Assembly: GCA_046290225.1 (NCBI GenBank)
Contig: JBKAGE010000037.1
Coordinates: 224,001-288,000 of the forward strand
DNA length: 64,000 nt
Direction of reading: 5' to 3'
DNA from: Bradymonadia bacterium
GTDB lineage: Bacteria > Myxococcota_A > Bradymonadia > UBA7976 > UBA1532
Positions 27,201-38,274 of the stretch are shown piece after piece. The notes beneath the pieces were generated by a model. It searched no databases. It was not told the DNA's origin and saw only the letters and a list, made by a program, of their open reading frames with translations. Numbering within the stretch: the stretch's first letter is position 1; each line of letters begins with the position of its first letter. Both the position numbers and the translations under genes were made by a program.

Positions 27201-29192
27201 CTCGGTGACCTCTTCGGTGGTCAGCTCGCCCTTGGAGTAGCGGATCATGTCGATGACCTTGGCGCTCCAGAGGTCGTTGACGTGGGACCACACGTTGGCG
27301 CTGGCGGAGATCGACTCACCGGTGAGGGGGTCGATGGCGTCCACCATGATGCCCCAGGGCGAAGGCGTCTGGGGGGTGGGGATCACGTTGATCTGGTGGT
27401 AACGGATGTCACCCATGCGCACGGTGAGGGCGTTCTGACAGGCGGCGAAGGTCTCACCCTCAGGGTCGAGGTAAGCGTCGGCGCAGTCGGTGTGGCTGAT
27501 GCCCTCGGGCAGGCGCTGGTCAGCGGTGCCGCAGTAGGGGTGATCGCCGTGCTCGACGGGGCTGTGGCAGAGCACCACCATGGGATCCATCTTGGCGATG
27601 GCGATGACCTCGGCCTTAGCGCCGCGGGCCTCACCGAGGCGATCGGCGGTGGAGTCACAGGTGCCCCAGCCGTTCTCCTTCTCGCAGGCGATGACCTCGG
27701 CCATGATCTGCTTGAGATCGGTGTGGTCGTCCATCTGGCCGTCGTACATCGGGAAGTCGCTCTTACACGCGCCAGCGTCGCCACCGGTGCGCACACACTC
27801 GGAGTAGCGGGCCGTCTGCACGGCGGCGCGGAAGGCGGAGTCCCAGTCGCGGGTGGACCAGGTGGTGGGCTCGAAGTACTCGGGATCCGAAGCCTCGGTG
27901 TAGTACCAGACGATGGGCTTCGCGTCGCGAGCGCGGTAGGGCAGGGTGCACTTCTGGGTGAAGGTGTCACACTGCGAGCCGCCGAAGCCCGTGGCGTCGG
28001 TGACGGCCTCGCACTCGTCGGCGGTGCCGTTGCCGTCGGTGTCGCGGTTGGCGTCCTGGCCGTAAGGGGTGGTCTCGGGGGTGAAGCACTCCACGGGACC
28101 GACCATGTTCTCCAGGTCCTCGTAGTAGTGGCTACGCTCCCAGATGTTGTAGCGGTTGATGAAGCGGCGCCACTGCTCGTCGGTCATGCCGTACTTGCGG
28201 GTGTAGCCCTTCCGGTCGACGGTGAATGCACCGTAGGCCTGGAACCGCAGGCCGTCCCAGTGGGCGGGCTGGTAGTCGTTGGGCACCACGCGGCGGAAGC
28301 TGTGACGAATGGTCAGCTCCACCGGGTTACAGCTCGCCGCGGGCCCCGTGCCGTTGAGGAAGTCGGGGTCGAGGAAGCAGGAGGGGAAGCTGTCGATGCC
28401 CCAGCCGAAGTGGCTGAGATCGATGAGCTCGGGCTTGGCGAAGGCCTTGACGGTGATGTCGAAGTAGCCATCTTCCAGATCGCCGAACTGGGGCGCATCA
28501 GGATCATTGGGATCGGTGATGTCGTACTTGAGGGGCTCGTACCGCAGGCCGCCGTAGAGACCGAGCAGCGACAGGGTGTCGAAGTCGTAGGTCTCGCCGG
28601 AGAGGTTCTGCGACCAGTCAACGCGGAAGTACTCCCGCTCGTACCAGGGACGATCGGTCGTGTTCTCGTTGATGATGTTGAGCTTCTCACCCGTGGTGGG
28701 GTTGTACTGGTTGATGATGTCGAAGTGAGACTCGATGCGGAAGACCGCAGCGATGACACCATCCTGGGTGGGGCCGCCGAGGCCCTTGCCGTCAGACCCC
28801 TCGATGCGCTCGTAGGCGATGCGCGCGATGAGCTGGTCCTCGGTGACCTGCCACTTGATGCGGGACAGGGGCTGAGCGTAGGTGCTGGTGAACAGACCAT
28901 CCTGGCTGGCGCCGTAGCCCACGTCGATGAGCGTGGCCTGCGTGTAGAACTCAGGATCGTCAGCAGTGCTCAGGAAGTCCTGCCCGATGAAGTGGGACTT
29001 CTCCAGCGCGAAAGGCTGTACGCGATTGATCGCCGGGCGCTCCTCAGCGCAGCCCGCGGACAGGGCCGCGAGGCCGAGCGCGGCGACAGCGGTTCTTCTC
29101 TTGATCATCTTGTTCTTCGCTCGCGTGGAACGGGGCTGCGCGGGGCGCCGCCCGGGTTGGGTGGTGATCGGAGATTTCGTGTTCATGCTCAT
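24258..29192 (-). CDS. Giant secreted zinc metalloprotease lipoprotein (metzincin, EcxA/DUF4953-like)
   Basis: Lipobox LSAGC; HEMGHSVGLRHNF zinc motif; SSMMDY Met-turn; PWYEREYFRVDWS; strongly biased codons. Confidence 0.88.
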   Translation of the reverse strand: MSMNTKSPITTQPGRRPAQPRSTRAKNKMIKRRTAVAALGLAALSAGCAEERPAINRVQPFALEKSHFIGQDFLSTADDPEFYTQATLIDVGYGASQDGLFTSTYAQPLSRIKWQVTEDQLIARIAYERIEGSDGKGLGGPTQDGVIAAVFRIESHFDIINQYNPTTGEKLNIINENTTDRPWYEREYFRVDWSQNLSGETYDFDTLSLLGLYGGLRYEPLKYDITDPNDPDAPQFGDLEDGYFDITVKAFAKPELIDLSHFGWGIDSFPSCFLDPDFLNGTGPAASCNPVELTIRHSFRRVVPNDYQPAHWDGLRFQAYGAFTVDRKGYTRKYGMTDEQWRRFINRYNIWERSHYYEDLENMVGPVECFTPETTPYGQDANRDTDGNGTADECEAVTDATGFGGSQCDTFTQKCTLPYRARDAKPIVWYYTEASDPEYFEPTTWSTRDWDSAFRAAVQTARYSECVRTGGDAGACKSDFPMYDGQMDDHTDLKQIMAEVIACEKENGWGTCDSTADRLGEARGAKAEVIAIAKMDPMVVLCHSPVEHGDHPYCGTADQRLPEGISHTDCADAYLDPEGETFAACQNALTVRMGDIRYHQINVIPTPQTPSPWGIMVDAIDPLTGESISASANVWSHVNDLWSAKVIDMIRYSKGELTTEEVTEAEYVRDWARAASAASGGGVAGRYTSDEVNQRVNAFSRDLTFDPEVETPDFDANRERAELPADVMRKARMLKKDIAANVRADLLAPGQVQAFALARANQAKGTTFEAELMTPMMQELMGVDGLGMTDSVLDASSILRAGNPAFQRQMYRLKEKALADRGSCIYEEAPAPMSLTGMGDMLEAKFGQMSASDDPAVQLDRAERMRTYLKRKAHYAVMSHEMGHSVGLRHNFVSSSNAYHYRPQYWQLRTKNGTITEDCTGVTRDGENCIGPRYFDPMTAEERDNLIWMWMHSSMMDYAGEYSQDMLGLSAYDYAATRMFYGDTVAVFADDSYKADTYRGLGMIGKQDNFGGILGYDWEGSEGEIHYSALNREYDLIQNCRVVNPDDYKPQYWNEELDGAWHPTLDGLLVQVDGQFSVCDQQTVDYVAWNDLQTTDGDVLQQGGIFPRGGPTVDGNDRVRVPYGFATDRWADLGNAAVYRHDNGADQYELFDFFITQQEVGHIWDNYRRGRQTFSIRGAANRTLGRYNGKIRDAAKGLGLLKNIYRDFSLDLGYNFAQFWPQIAPDFFKEPILASGLAFDHFTRAFARPAVGGHYYSDFDQSVLRSEADAIGNIDADDIVVSIPNGATGYLETVGIGGKPVENALAEGQGEYDAEFTINAGSYYDKIWTPYLMAESEDNFISDSRRDFVDARYRAVSLAELYPDGFRRWLANNLTGDDAIKGMRLWSDPVGRPFLDDKGFPDAPMGYVSWWGETPRVCFPNDSTTLCTTFGNESGANFNPDDPEFTAVLDPQIGWEQQKFLVAWTLMYLPANQEQSWIDMMRVWELGVDNDPGFDNRIEFHNPTGKVYVAKAYGTEQIFGKTVQRGIAARVLEYANELLAQAYVVDDGPDLNNDGTPDWYIPVMNANTGEPLIQWDPSISAITEEGFVDPEGSFGCNASSNANCTCEANRACMALRQYVSLPFFMREAISAYGLGNPNTKGIWD

Positions 29193-29203
29193 CTACCCCT
29201 TCT

Positions 29204-30304
29204 TCAGCGCACCAGGGCGCCCATGTTGAGCACCACGCCGACGTTGTAGGTGGTGAAGCGGTTGAAGAAGGGGGTGTAGTAGCCGTTGGCTTCGGAGTTG
29301 GGCTCGAGCTGGCCGTGGAAGGCGTCGGCGCTCAAGTTAAAGCCCACGGCAGACCAGGGCTGAATGTTCGCCCCTACGCTCGTCGACAGGAGGCCGCGGA
29401 AACGGGTGTCCTGCTGCGGACCAGTGTAGGGCGTCTCACCCGGCGCGAAGGTCTGGTTGGTGAAGTCTTCTGCCAAGGTGTTCACCCGGTAGAGGTAGTC
29501 GTTGATGACCGAGCCGCTCACGTTGAAGGTGAGCCAGTTGGTCACGGTGAGCGACACCACACCGGTGTAGATCATCCGCCAACGGGCGTTGGAGACGCCG
29601 TTGCCGATGAAGTTACCGTTGAAGCTGTCGAACCCCGGGTAGGCGTTGGAGCTCAGCCGCGAGGCGCTGTTGCCGTTGATGCGCTGCTCCTCATCTTCAC
29701 CAGTGGTGAACTCGTGGAAGAAGCGGGTCATCTGCACGTTGGCGATGAGCGCCAGGCCCTTGAGCACCTTGAAGGGCTTGATGAGGCCCAACCCACCACG
29801 CACCCCGAACATGAGCGACTCGTTCTGTGAGAACTTGCTCGTGGGCAGGCGCACGTCGAAGAGCCCCGTGGCGATCATGCCCAGGCCGGGGACCTGCATG
29901 TTGCCGCCGACACCGACGAAGGTGTCGAACCACTGGGTCTCGTTGTCTTGGGTGGTGATGTTGTTCTCGGTGAACTCATGGAGCACGAAGGTGTTGGCCC
30001 GCAGGTGCCAAGAGTCACCAAGCCACCACCGAGCGAGCACGCTGAACTGCGCCGCCTGGTTGGGGTCGTAGGTCAGCTGGGCACCCTTGTCGAAGGTGCG
30101 ATGGCTGACGCCGTACCCGCCGGTGATGAAGCTGCCCCGCCAGGGCACCTTCTTCTTGGCGCCGCCGCCTGTGGCTGCGTCGAGCGGGTTCTGCGCAGAG
30201 GCGACACCGCCCATGAGCAGCCCGCCGAGCAGGCACAGCCCGACGATGAGAGCCGCGAGGGCTGGGCCCCGGCGCGGTGAGGATGTGAAGGTTCTTCGCT
30301 GCAT
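29204..30304 (-). CDS. Probable outer-membrane beta-barrel protein, operonic with the metalloprotease
   Basis: Signal peptide ending ASA-Q; aromatic-rich alternating strands; 11-bp gap to the protease gene. Confidence 0.6.
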   Translation of the reverse strand: MQRRTFTSSPRRGPALAALIVGLCLLGGLLMGGVASAQNPLDAATGGGAKKKVPWRGSFITGGYGVSHRTFDKGAQLTYDPNQAAQFSVLARWWLGDSWHLRANTFVLHEFTENNITTQDNETQWFDTFVGVGGNMQVPGLGMIATGLFDVRLPTSKFSQNESLMFGVRGGLGLIKPFKVLKGLALIANVQMTRFFHEFTTGEDEEQRINGNSASRLSSNAYPGFDSFNGNFIGNGVSNARWRMIYTGVVSLTVTNWLTFNVSGSVINDYLYRVNTLAEDFTNQTFAPGETPYTGPQQDTRFRGLLSTSVGANIQPWSAVGFNLSADAFHGQLEPNSEANGYYTPFFNRFTTYNVGVVLNMGALVR

Positions 30305-30515
30305 ACGCTTCCCCGATGCTCGAACAAGTCTGAAACACACCGAATAAACAGCCGGCTGGGTGCGTTCAGTGAGGGGACGGTTTCCCCTCTTGAAGTGGGC
30401 CCGGCGCGCCAGTGCCGACATAAGAGGCCAGATTCAGAGGACGGCATCATCAGGATCTCACCCCTCCGATGCAACCGTTCTGTCACATTGGGCATCTCGA
30501 CAGCCTTGGGCGCAT

Positions 30516-30531
30516 AGCAAAGTGGGGGCCA
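30516..30531 (-). promoter_or_regulatory. Sigma54 (-24/-12) promoter
   Basis: TGGCCCCCACTTTGCT, GG-N10-GC, about 200 bp upstream of the 30304 start. Confidence 0.65.
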
Positions 30532-30701
30532 CCTCGCAATTGTTGCACCCCGACCAGATTTTTTTCTGTCACCTCGTCTCTGGGCCTTGTGCTGCCACGG
30601 TTTTCTTCACTGTTCGAAAAACGCACATGAGGGGGCAGGTGTGCATTCACCGTGCCTGATCATGTTTCGAACACCCCCCCGTCGGTGTTACACCCATCGT
30701 C

Positions 30702-31289
30702 ATGAAAAGTATCGACACGCTGCTGCGTACAGGGCGCACGTTGAGGGTGGCAGGCTTCGATGACGCCCCCTTCGAAAAGGTCCCCGGCGCGCCGGTGCCC
30801 GTGAGCGGCATCATCTGCAACGGCACCCGTATGGAGGGCATGCTCTGGGGCACTGCCCACCGCGACGGTGACGATGCCACCGAGGTCATCGCCAGCCTGC
30901 TCGAAGGCAGCAAGTTCCACGATCAGGTGCACGTGGTGCTGCTCGATGGCCTCGCCGTCGGCGGCTTTAATTTAATCGACCTGCCCACCCTCGCCGAGCG
31001 CCTCGACCGCCCCTGCGCCGCGGTCATGCGCAAGCCACCCGACATGCCGGGCATTCGCCGCGCCCTCGATCGTTTCGAAGACGCTGAGCGACGACACGCC
31101 CTCGTGGATCGCGCGGGCGAGATCTACAATGAAGGGCCCTTCTACTTTCAGGTGAAGGGCACCACCCCTGTGGAGATGGGCCGCGCCCTGACCCACCTCA
31201 CTGATCGAGGGCACGTCCCCGAGGCCCTGCGCCTCGCCCATCTGATCGGCGCCGCGGTGATCACCGGCGAAAGCAGCCGCCGCGCCTGA
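30702..31289 (+). CDS. DUF99/UPF0215 (endonuclease V-like) protein
   Basis: RVAGFDDAPF, DGDDAT, VLLDGLAVGGFNLID, GHVPEALRLAH. Confidence 0.88.
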   Translation: MKSIDTLLRTGRTLRVAGFDDAPFEKVPGAPVPVSGIICNGTRMEGMLWGTAHRDGDDATEVIASLLEGSKFHDQVHVVLLDGLAVGGFNLIDLPTLAERLDRPCAAVMRKPPDMPGIRRALDRFEDAERRHALVDRAGEIYNEGPFYFQVKGTTPVEMGRALTHLTDRGHVPEALRLAHLIGAAVITGESSRRA

Positions 31290-31307
31290 GCCTCACTGGA
31301 GATCGAG

Positions 31308-32126
31308 ATGTCCGACTACTTGCACGTGTCCATCGACGGCCATGTGGCCCATTTGCAGCTCAATGATCCCGGCAAGCTCAACGCCATGGGGCCTGCCTTC
31401 TGGAACGACATGCCTGAGGTGATCGAGGGCATCAACGCCAACCGCACAGTGCGGGCGCTCCTGATTACAGGGGCGGGCCGCGCCTTCACCGCCGGGCTCG
31501 ACGTCATGGCCATCATGTCGAACCTGCCCGTCGATCCTGCAGGTGGCCCCCCCGATGGTCACCGCCAGGCTCAGCTGCACGATCTCATCCGCAAGATGCA
31601 GCGTGCCATCACCGCCGTAGAGCGTTGCCGGGTGCCGGTGGTGGCGGCGATCCACGGTTACTGTCTTGGGGGTGGGGTGGACTTGATCACTGCCTGTGAC
31701 ATCCGCGTTGCTTCTCCAGGGGCGATCTTCGGGGTCCGTGAGACCCGCATCGCCATGGTGGCTGACGTGGGCACGCTTCAACGCCTGCCCCTGCTCGTGG
31801 GCAGAGCCCATGCTCGGGATCTGGTACTCACCGGTCGCGACTTCGACGCGGTGCACGCGCTGAAGATCGGCCTGGTGACCGAGGTGCTCGAAGATGATGA
31901 CACCACCCTCGCCCGAGGGCGGGCCATCGCCGAAGAGATCGCCGCCCTGCCCCCTCTGGCAGTGCAAGGTGCAAAGCGGGTGATGAACGAAGCTGATCGC
32001 GCGGCGGTGGATCGAGGGCTGGAGTACGTGGCCACGTGGAACGCCGCTCACCTCATGACTCAAGATCTCGGCCAGGCGGTCACCGCCATGATCACCAAGC
32101 AGACGCCGGAATACGAAGGCCGCTGA
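31308..32126 (+). CDS. Crotonase/enoyl-CoA hydratase (dienoyl-CoA isomerase-like)
   Basis: GRAFTAGLD, PVVAAIHGYCLGGGVDLITACDIR, ADVGTLQRLP. Confidence 0.92.
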   Translation: MSDYLHVSIDGHVAHLQLNDPGKLNAMGPAFWNDMPEVIEGINANRTVRALLITGAGRAFTAGLDVMAIMSNLPVDPAGGPPDGHRQAQLHDLIRKMQRAITAVERCRVPVVAAIHGYCLGGGVDLITACDIRVASPGAIFGVRETRIAMVADVGTLQRLPLLVGRAHARDLVLTGRDFDAVHALKIGLVTEVLEDDDTTLARGRAIAEEIAALPPLAVQGAKRVMNEADRAAVDRGLEYVATWNAAHLMTQDLGQAVTAMITKQTPEYEGR

Positions 32127-32258
32127 CTCCCCTCCTCTCCAACCCCCTTGTTCTGAAGGGGTTTTCATTTTCTCTGATCTTTTTTCGGGCAATTTAGAAC
32201 TTCTGCGCCCACCTCCCGTTCCAACAGCTCACAACGCTTAGAGGCACAGGAGATCATC

Positions 32259-32765
32259 ATGAAGTCACTCGCTCTCACCTTCGCTCTCATGGCCGGCGCA
32301 GTCACCGTGGTACCCGCCGTCACCGTCAGCACCGCCGATGCCTGCGCCATGCGCAAGGTACGCAAGCCCGTCTCCTCGAAGGCCATGGTGGCCAAGGCCG
32401 AGCGGGCGGAGAAGCGAGAGAACACCCGTCAGGCCATCCGCCTCTACGAGCGGGCCATGAACAACAGCCGCGGTGACGAGGTGGTTCGGGCCAACGCCGC
32501 CCTCGCCGCCGCCCGCCTGCACAGCTCACTGGGCCACGACGACCAGGCCCTGGCCCGGGTGAAGCGCGCCACCGAGCTCGCCCCCGATCAGGCGGACGCC
32601 TGGGCGGCTTACAGCGCCCTCCAGGCCAAGGCTGGCCAGATCGAAGGTGCTCGGACCGCCCTTGACACTGCCCGCAAGCTGGGTGCAGATGCAGAGACCC
32701 TGAGCGCCGCCGAGGCGGTGGTCGACGGCGCCTCTGCCGTGAAGACCGCCAAGGTCGACGGCTGA
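32259..32765 (+). CDS. Exported TPR-repeat protein
   Basis: CAGGAG RBS; signal peptide; AIRLYERA...RATELAPDQADAW. Confidence 0.75.
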   Translation: MKSLALTFALMAGAVTVVPAVTVSTADACAMRKVRKPVSSKAMVAKAERAEKRENTRQAIRLYERAMNNSRGDEVVRANAALAAARLHSSLGHDDQALARVKRATELAPDQADAWAAYSALQAKAGQIEGARTALDTARKLGADAETLSAAEAVVDGASAVKTAKVDG

Positions 32766-32788
32766 CTTCGAGCCGCACAGGAGCTGCC

Positions 32789-34108
32789 ATGCGCCTGCTC
32801 TACGCCTTCCTCTGTCTCTTCCCCACCCTCGCATCTGCCCAATCATCGACGCTCTCGCCCGAGGCCCTCGCAGGCCGTGAAGCGATGAAGGCCGCTCAAT
32901 GCAACCGGTGTCACCCGATCTCCGACGCCGCGCAGAAGGGCCATGGCCTGCCTCCTGCTGAGCAGGCAATGCACTGTGTCGACTGTCACACCTGGATCCT
33001 CGGCACGCGGGGTGATCAGAAAGCCATCGAAGCGCAGCGAGAGACGTTCCCCGACTGGGATCGCTACCTCGAGAACATCGTGCACTTCACCGTCCTGCCC
33101 GATCTGGGCACCCTCACCCGGCGCGTGCGGCCGGACTTCGTCCGTCGCTATCTCGATGGCCCCTTCGATCTGAGGCCTCACCTCGACGAGGCCATGATCC
33201 CGGTGAAGCTGACCGCGACTCAGAAAGACGCCGTGGTGGCTTATCTGACGTCGCTCAACCCGCCCCTCGCCGATCCCCCGACGAAGCCCATCAGCCCCGA
33301 GGGGATCGCAGCAGGCAAGCAGGCCTTCATCACCAGGGGTTGCCCTGCGTGCCACGTGATGGGCGATACGCCGGTCTTGCCAGCCTTCGATGCGGCGTTC
33401 TACGGGCGACTGAAGGCTGCTGCCCCCGCTGACTTTCCTGCCCGCCTCGCGCCAGATCTGCGCTATGTGCGTGAGCGGATCCCCCGAGATACGCTGGTGG
33501 CCTTCATCCAGAACCCCACTCAGGTAGATCCGAAGAGCCGCATGCCCAATCAAGGCGTGAAGCCCCAAGAAGCCGAGCGCATCGCCGATTTCTTGTTGGC
33601 CGCTCAGATCTCACCGCTCCCCGAGGCACAGACGGTCTCTGTCGACGAGGGCCAGTTCCCCGTGCTGGACCGCCCGGTGACCTATGACGAGGTCTTCGAC
33701 GAGGTCTTCGGCTTCATCTGCGTGCACTGTCACATGCACCCGGAGAGCAACAACGGGGATGGCGGCGCCGGGAACACAGGGGGACTGGGCTGGCCAGGGG
33801 CACGGCTCGATCTGGAGACCTACGAGGGCATGAAGGCGGGCTTGAAGCGCCCTGGCGACGCTCAGGCCACGGATATTCTGGCCCGAGGACCAGGGGGAGA
33901 GCCGCCCTTGCTCTGGCGCGCGCTGCTCAAGCGTCACCAGGAGGCCAGCCGCGACGTCCGCCCGCCATTTGCCCGGGGACCGCGCCTCTCCACCCCCACC
34001 GACGGCACCCACCCGGGTATGCCTCTGGGCCTGCCGCCGCTGTCGAAGCGCAAGATGCAACTGATCCGCACGTGGCTCGCTCAGGGCGCCAAAGGACCGA
34101 CGCCCTGA
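32789..34108 (+). CDS. Exported multihaem cytochrome c (4 CxxCH)
   Basis: CNRCH, CVDCH, CPACH, CVHCH; signal peptide. Confidence 0.85.
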   Translation: MRLLYAFLCLFPTLASAQSSTLSPEALAGREAMKAAQCNRCHPISDAAQKGHGLPPAEQAMHCVDCHTWILGTRGDQKAIEAQRETFPDWDRYLENIVHFTVLPDLGTLTRRVRPDFVRRYLDGPFDLRPHLDEAMIPVKLTATQKDAVVAYLTSLNPPLADPPTKPISPEGIAAGKQAFITRGCPACHVMGDTPVLPAFDAAFYGRLKAAAPADFPARLAPDLRYVRERIPRDTLVAFIQNPTQVDPKSRMPNQGVKPQEAERIADFLLAAQISPLPEAQTVSVDEGQFPVLDRPVTYDEVFDEVFGFICVHCHMHPESNNGDGGAGNTGGLGWPGARLDLETYEGMKAGLKRPGDAQATDILARGPGGEPPLLWRALLKRHQEASRDVRPPFARGPRLSTPTDGTHPGMPLGLPPLSKRKMQLIRTWLAQGAKGPTP

Positions 34109-34193
34109 GGGTGTGCCCTTGAGATCGTGCCCTGAGGCCACGCCTTGAGCCTACCGGTTGCTCTCCTCTGCCGGCGCTCTCATAATCCCCGCC

Positions 34194-35234
34194 ATGTCAG
34201 CCTCTACCCCATCGCCTTCGAGCGAAGAAATCGCCCTGGCCGTCGCGGCCCTCGAAGCCGGCGAGTTGGTGGCCATGCCCACGGAGACGGTCTACGGCCT
34301 CGCCGCAGACGCCACCTCACCAGAGGCCGTGGGTCGCATCTTCGACGCCAAAGGCCGACCTCGAAAACACCCGGTCATCGTGCACCTTGGCGACGCCAGC
34401 TGGATGGCTCGCTGGGCCGCCGAGATCACGCCGGAAGCAGAGGCCCTTGCCGAGGCTTTCTGGCCTGGCCCCATGACCCTGATCGTGCCCCGAGGCCCCG
34501 CGGCCCACGATGGCGTCACAGGGGGCCGACCCACAGTGGGCCTCCGGGTGCCCGGACACCCGGTGGCGCTGGCCCTCGTCCAGGCCTTTGGCCGCGGCGT
34601 AGCGGCCCCTTCTGCAAACCGTTTCGGGCGCGTGAGCCCCACTGAGGCTGCCCATGTGGCCGCGGAGCTCGGAGATCGCGTCTCAGTGATTCTCGACGGC
34701 GGGCCCTGTGACGTGGGGGTGGAGTCCACCATCGTCGATCTCACCGGCCCGAAGGCCCGCGTGCTTCGACCAGGTCACGTCACCCCCGAGGCGCTGGGTG
34801 CCGTGCTGGGCTACGTCCCAGATGCGGGCCCGGTGGTGGTGGAGGGCAATGCAGGTGAGGCCCCCGGCACGCTGGCGAGCCATTACGCCCCCAGAGCAGG
34901 CGTCTATTTGCTCCCTCGCGGCGCCCTGGCACAGGCAGCTCTGGAAGACTACATCGGCGCCGGTGAGGCTGTAGCGGTCTATGCACGCTGTGGTCGTCCG
35001 TCAGACCTGCCCGAGGCGATCATCTGGCGGCGCGCCCCCGACAGTCCGCGGCAATATGCCCAACAACTCTACGCCACGCTGCGAGCCCTCGACGAGGCCG
35101 GGGTCGACTCGATCCTGGTGGAGACGCCCCCAGAGCATCCTCAGTGGCAGGCCATCGCTGATCGACTGAGCCGCGCTGCGGCCCCCCGAATGCATTCACA
35201 GGCCTCACCCCCAGGTGAGCAGGAGACGTCATGA
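34194..35234 (+). CDS. sua5: L-threonylcarbamoyladenylate synthase (Sua5 type)
   Basis: [42 protein letters not shown]. Confidence 0.95.
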   Translation: MSASTPSPSSEEIALAVAALEAGELVAMPTETVYGLAADATSPEAVGRIFDAKGRPRKHPVIVHLGDASWMARWAAEITPEAEALAEAFWPGPMTLIVPRGPAAHDGVTGGRPTVGLRVPGHPVALALVQAFGRGVAAPSANRFGRVSPTEAAHVAAELGDRVSVILDGGPCDVGVESTIVDLTGPKARVLRPGHVTPEALGAVLGYVPDAGPVVVEGNAGEAPGTLASHYAPRAGVYLLPRGALAQAALEDYIGAGEAVAVYARCGRPSDLPEAIIWRRAPDSPRQYAQQLYATLRALDEAGVDSILVETPPEHPQWQAIADRLSRAAAPRMHSQASPPGEQETS

Positions 35235-35718
35235 GCGATTCCCCCCTGGTCTCGGTGATCATGGGCAGCCGGTCGGACTGGGACACCATGCGCCATGCTG
35301 ACGAGGTACTCACCGAGCTCGAGATCCCCCACGAGTGCATGGTGGTCTCGGCCCACCGCACCCCACACTGGATGGCGGAGTTCGCCGCCGAGGTCGAGGG
35401 CCGGGGCGTCGAGGTGATCATCGCCGGCGCTGGCGGCGCAGCGCATTTGCCGGGCATGGTGGCTGCACAGACCGTGGTGCCCGTGCTCGGCGTACCCGTG
35501 AAGTCGTCCACGCTGAGCGGGGTGGACTCGCTCTATTCGATCGTGCAAATGCCTGGAGGCGTGCCCGTGGGCACCCTGGCCATCGGCAAGGCAGGGGCTA
35601 AGAACGCCGGCCTCCTCGCTGCGGCCATCCTCGGCAACACCCGCGCCGAGATCCGCGAGCGCCTCAAAGCGTGGCGCGCAGCTCAGACAGAGCGCGTGCT
35701 CGCTGATCGGCAGCTGCC

Positions 35719-35722
<4 letters not shown>
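35231..35722 (+). CDS. purE: N5-CAIR mutase
   Basis: [35 protein letters not shown]. Confidence 0.98.
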
Positions 35723-36868
<1,146 letters not shown>

Positions 36869-36882
<14 letters not shown>

Positions 36883-37975
36883 TCGGGATCGCGAGGTTGA
36901 AGGTGGCGCCGGGGCCCTCGGGGCACAGGGTCAACCGCCCGCCCACGGCCTCCAAGGCTTGCCGACATTCATAGAGGCCCGCTCCAGACCCGCCCACGGC
37001 TCGCCGGGTGGTCACCCCTCGCTCGAAGATGATGTTGTGTAGATGGGTCGGCACCCCAGGGCCGTTGTCGGTGATTTGGATCAGCGCGCAGCCGCCCTCG
37101 ACGGCCATCCGCACCTTCACGGTGGGCACCGTTGGCGGCATGGGGGCCTCCACCATGGCCTGGTGAGCATTGTGGAGCAGGTTGAAGAGCACCCGGGTGC
37201 CCGTGAGCGGATCGATGGCCAGGGGCACATCAGGCAATGCATCACAGAGAATGTTCAGCCCCGCGCCTTCGAGCAATGACGCCGAGGCGGCCAGCATCTT
37301 GGGCAGCGTCGTCGAGGTGGCCTCGGACTCTTCGCTGTGTCGCGCCCGCTCGTGCAGTTGACGCATCAGCGAGAGGCCCTGCTCGAGCACCTCGACCTCT
37401 TTGAGCAGGCTCGTGGATTGATCACCGAGTTGCGTCGCCGCCATCCTGATAAGCTGACAGTTCAGGGTCAGCGCACCTGAGATATTGCCGAGATCGTGCA
37501 GGAGCGCCTGCTGCGCCCGCAGTTTCTTCGACACAGGATCCAGAGCCCGCAACTGCGCCTCGAGCTGCTCACATCGAGCAGAGGCCGTGTGGCTCTCCAG
37601 CCACGCCTCCAGTGGCAGCGCCAGATCACGCCAGCGGTGAGGTTTGCCGATGGCCCGATCGATCCCTGGGGGTAAGGGGCCGTAAGGCGGCGCCTGGCTG
37701 AGCATGATGCACATCAGCTCGCGGTGCGCGTGTTGCCACTGTGTTTTGAGATCAGGCAGTCGCCGCAGGTCGACGCCAGCATCGACGAGCAGGATCGGGG
37801 TCTCCGGCGCAAGGCGCTCGAAGGCCTCGTCGAGGGTCTTTGCCCGATCCAACACGAACGTGTGCCGGTCGCTGTTGAGGATGGGGTTGAAATGTTGGGG
37901 ACCCGAGGTGACATGCAGAATCACCTCAGGTGAAGAGTCTTTGACAGCATAAATGCTGTGCGCAGCTGTACTCAC
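36869..37975 (-). CDS. Cytoplasmic histidine kinase with degenerate receiver-like N-terminus
   Basis: LLHDLGN H-box, NLLHNA, DNGPG, GSGAGL; GTG start at 37975 after AGGGGAG. Confidence 0.8.
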
Positions 37976-38229
37976 GGCTCCCCTTTTGCCCGTTGGGAGT
38001 GTTCGTATTCTGAGCTGCCCTGCGCCGAATTGAATGGCCCGCCAATCGGCTCTGAAAATCAAACCTGAAACGCCCAGCCTGCAAGCAGATGCTGAATCAG
38101 GTTTTTAGAAATGAAAGGCCCTGGGAGCAGATCGCCACGTGGAGATCTCACAGCGGCTACGGCTTCCGCGCTCCCAGGAAGGTGACGCTGGGGATTCGTC
38201 CCACGCCCCTTGCCGAGACGGCACGACGT

Positions 38230-38274
38230 TCAGAACGCCGTCACCTCACTCGCCGTAGTGTTGACATTACCCAA
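38230..38274 (-). CDS. Candidate 14-aa sORF (MGNVNTTASEVTAF) with extended Shine-Dalgarno
   Basis: TTG start 7 nt after AGGAGG within GAAAGGAGGTGATC (38277-38290). Confidence 0.45.
   Translation of the reverse strand: MGNVNTTASEVTAF

Noticed and set aside
24189..29249. 1686-aa ORF on the plus strand
   Set aside because: Antisense shadow of the strongly codon-biased metalloprotease; no recognisable motifs
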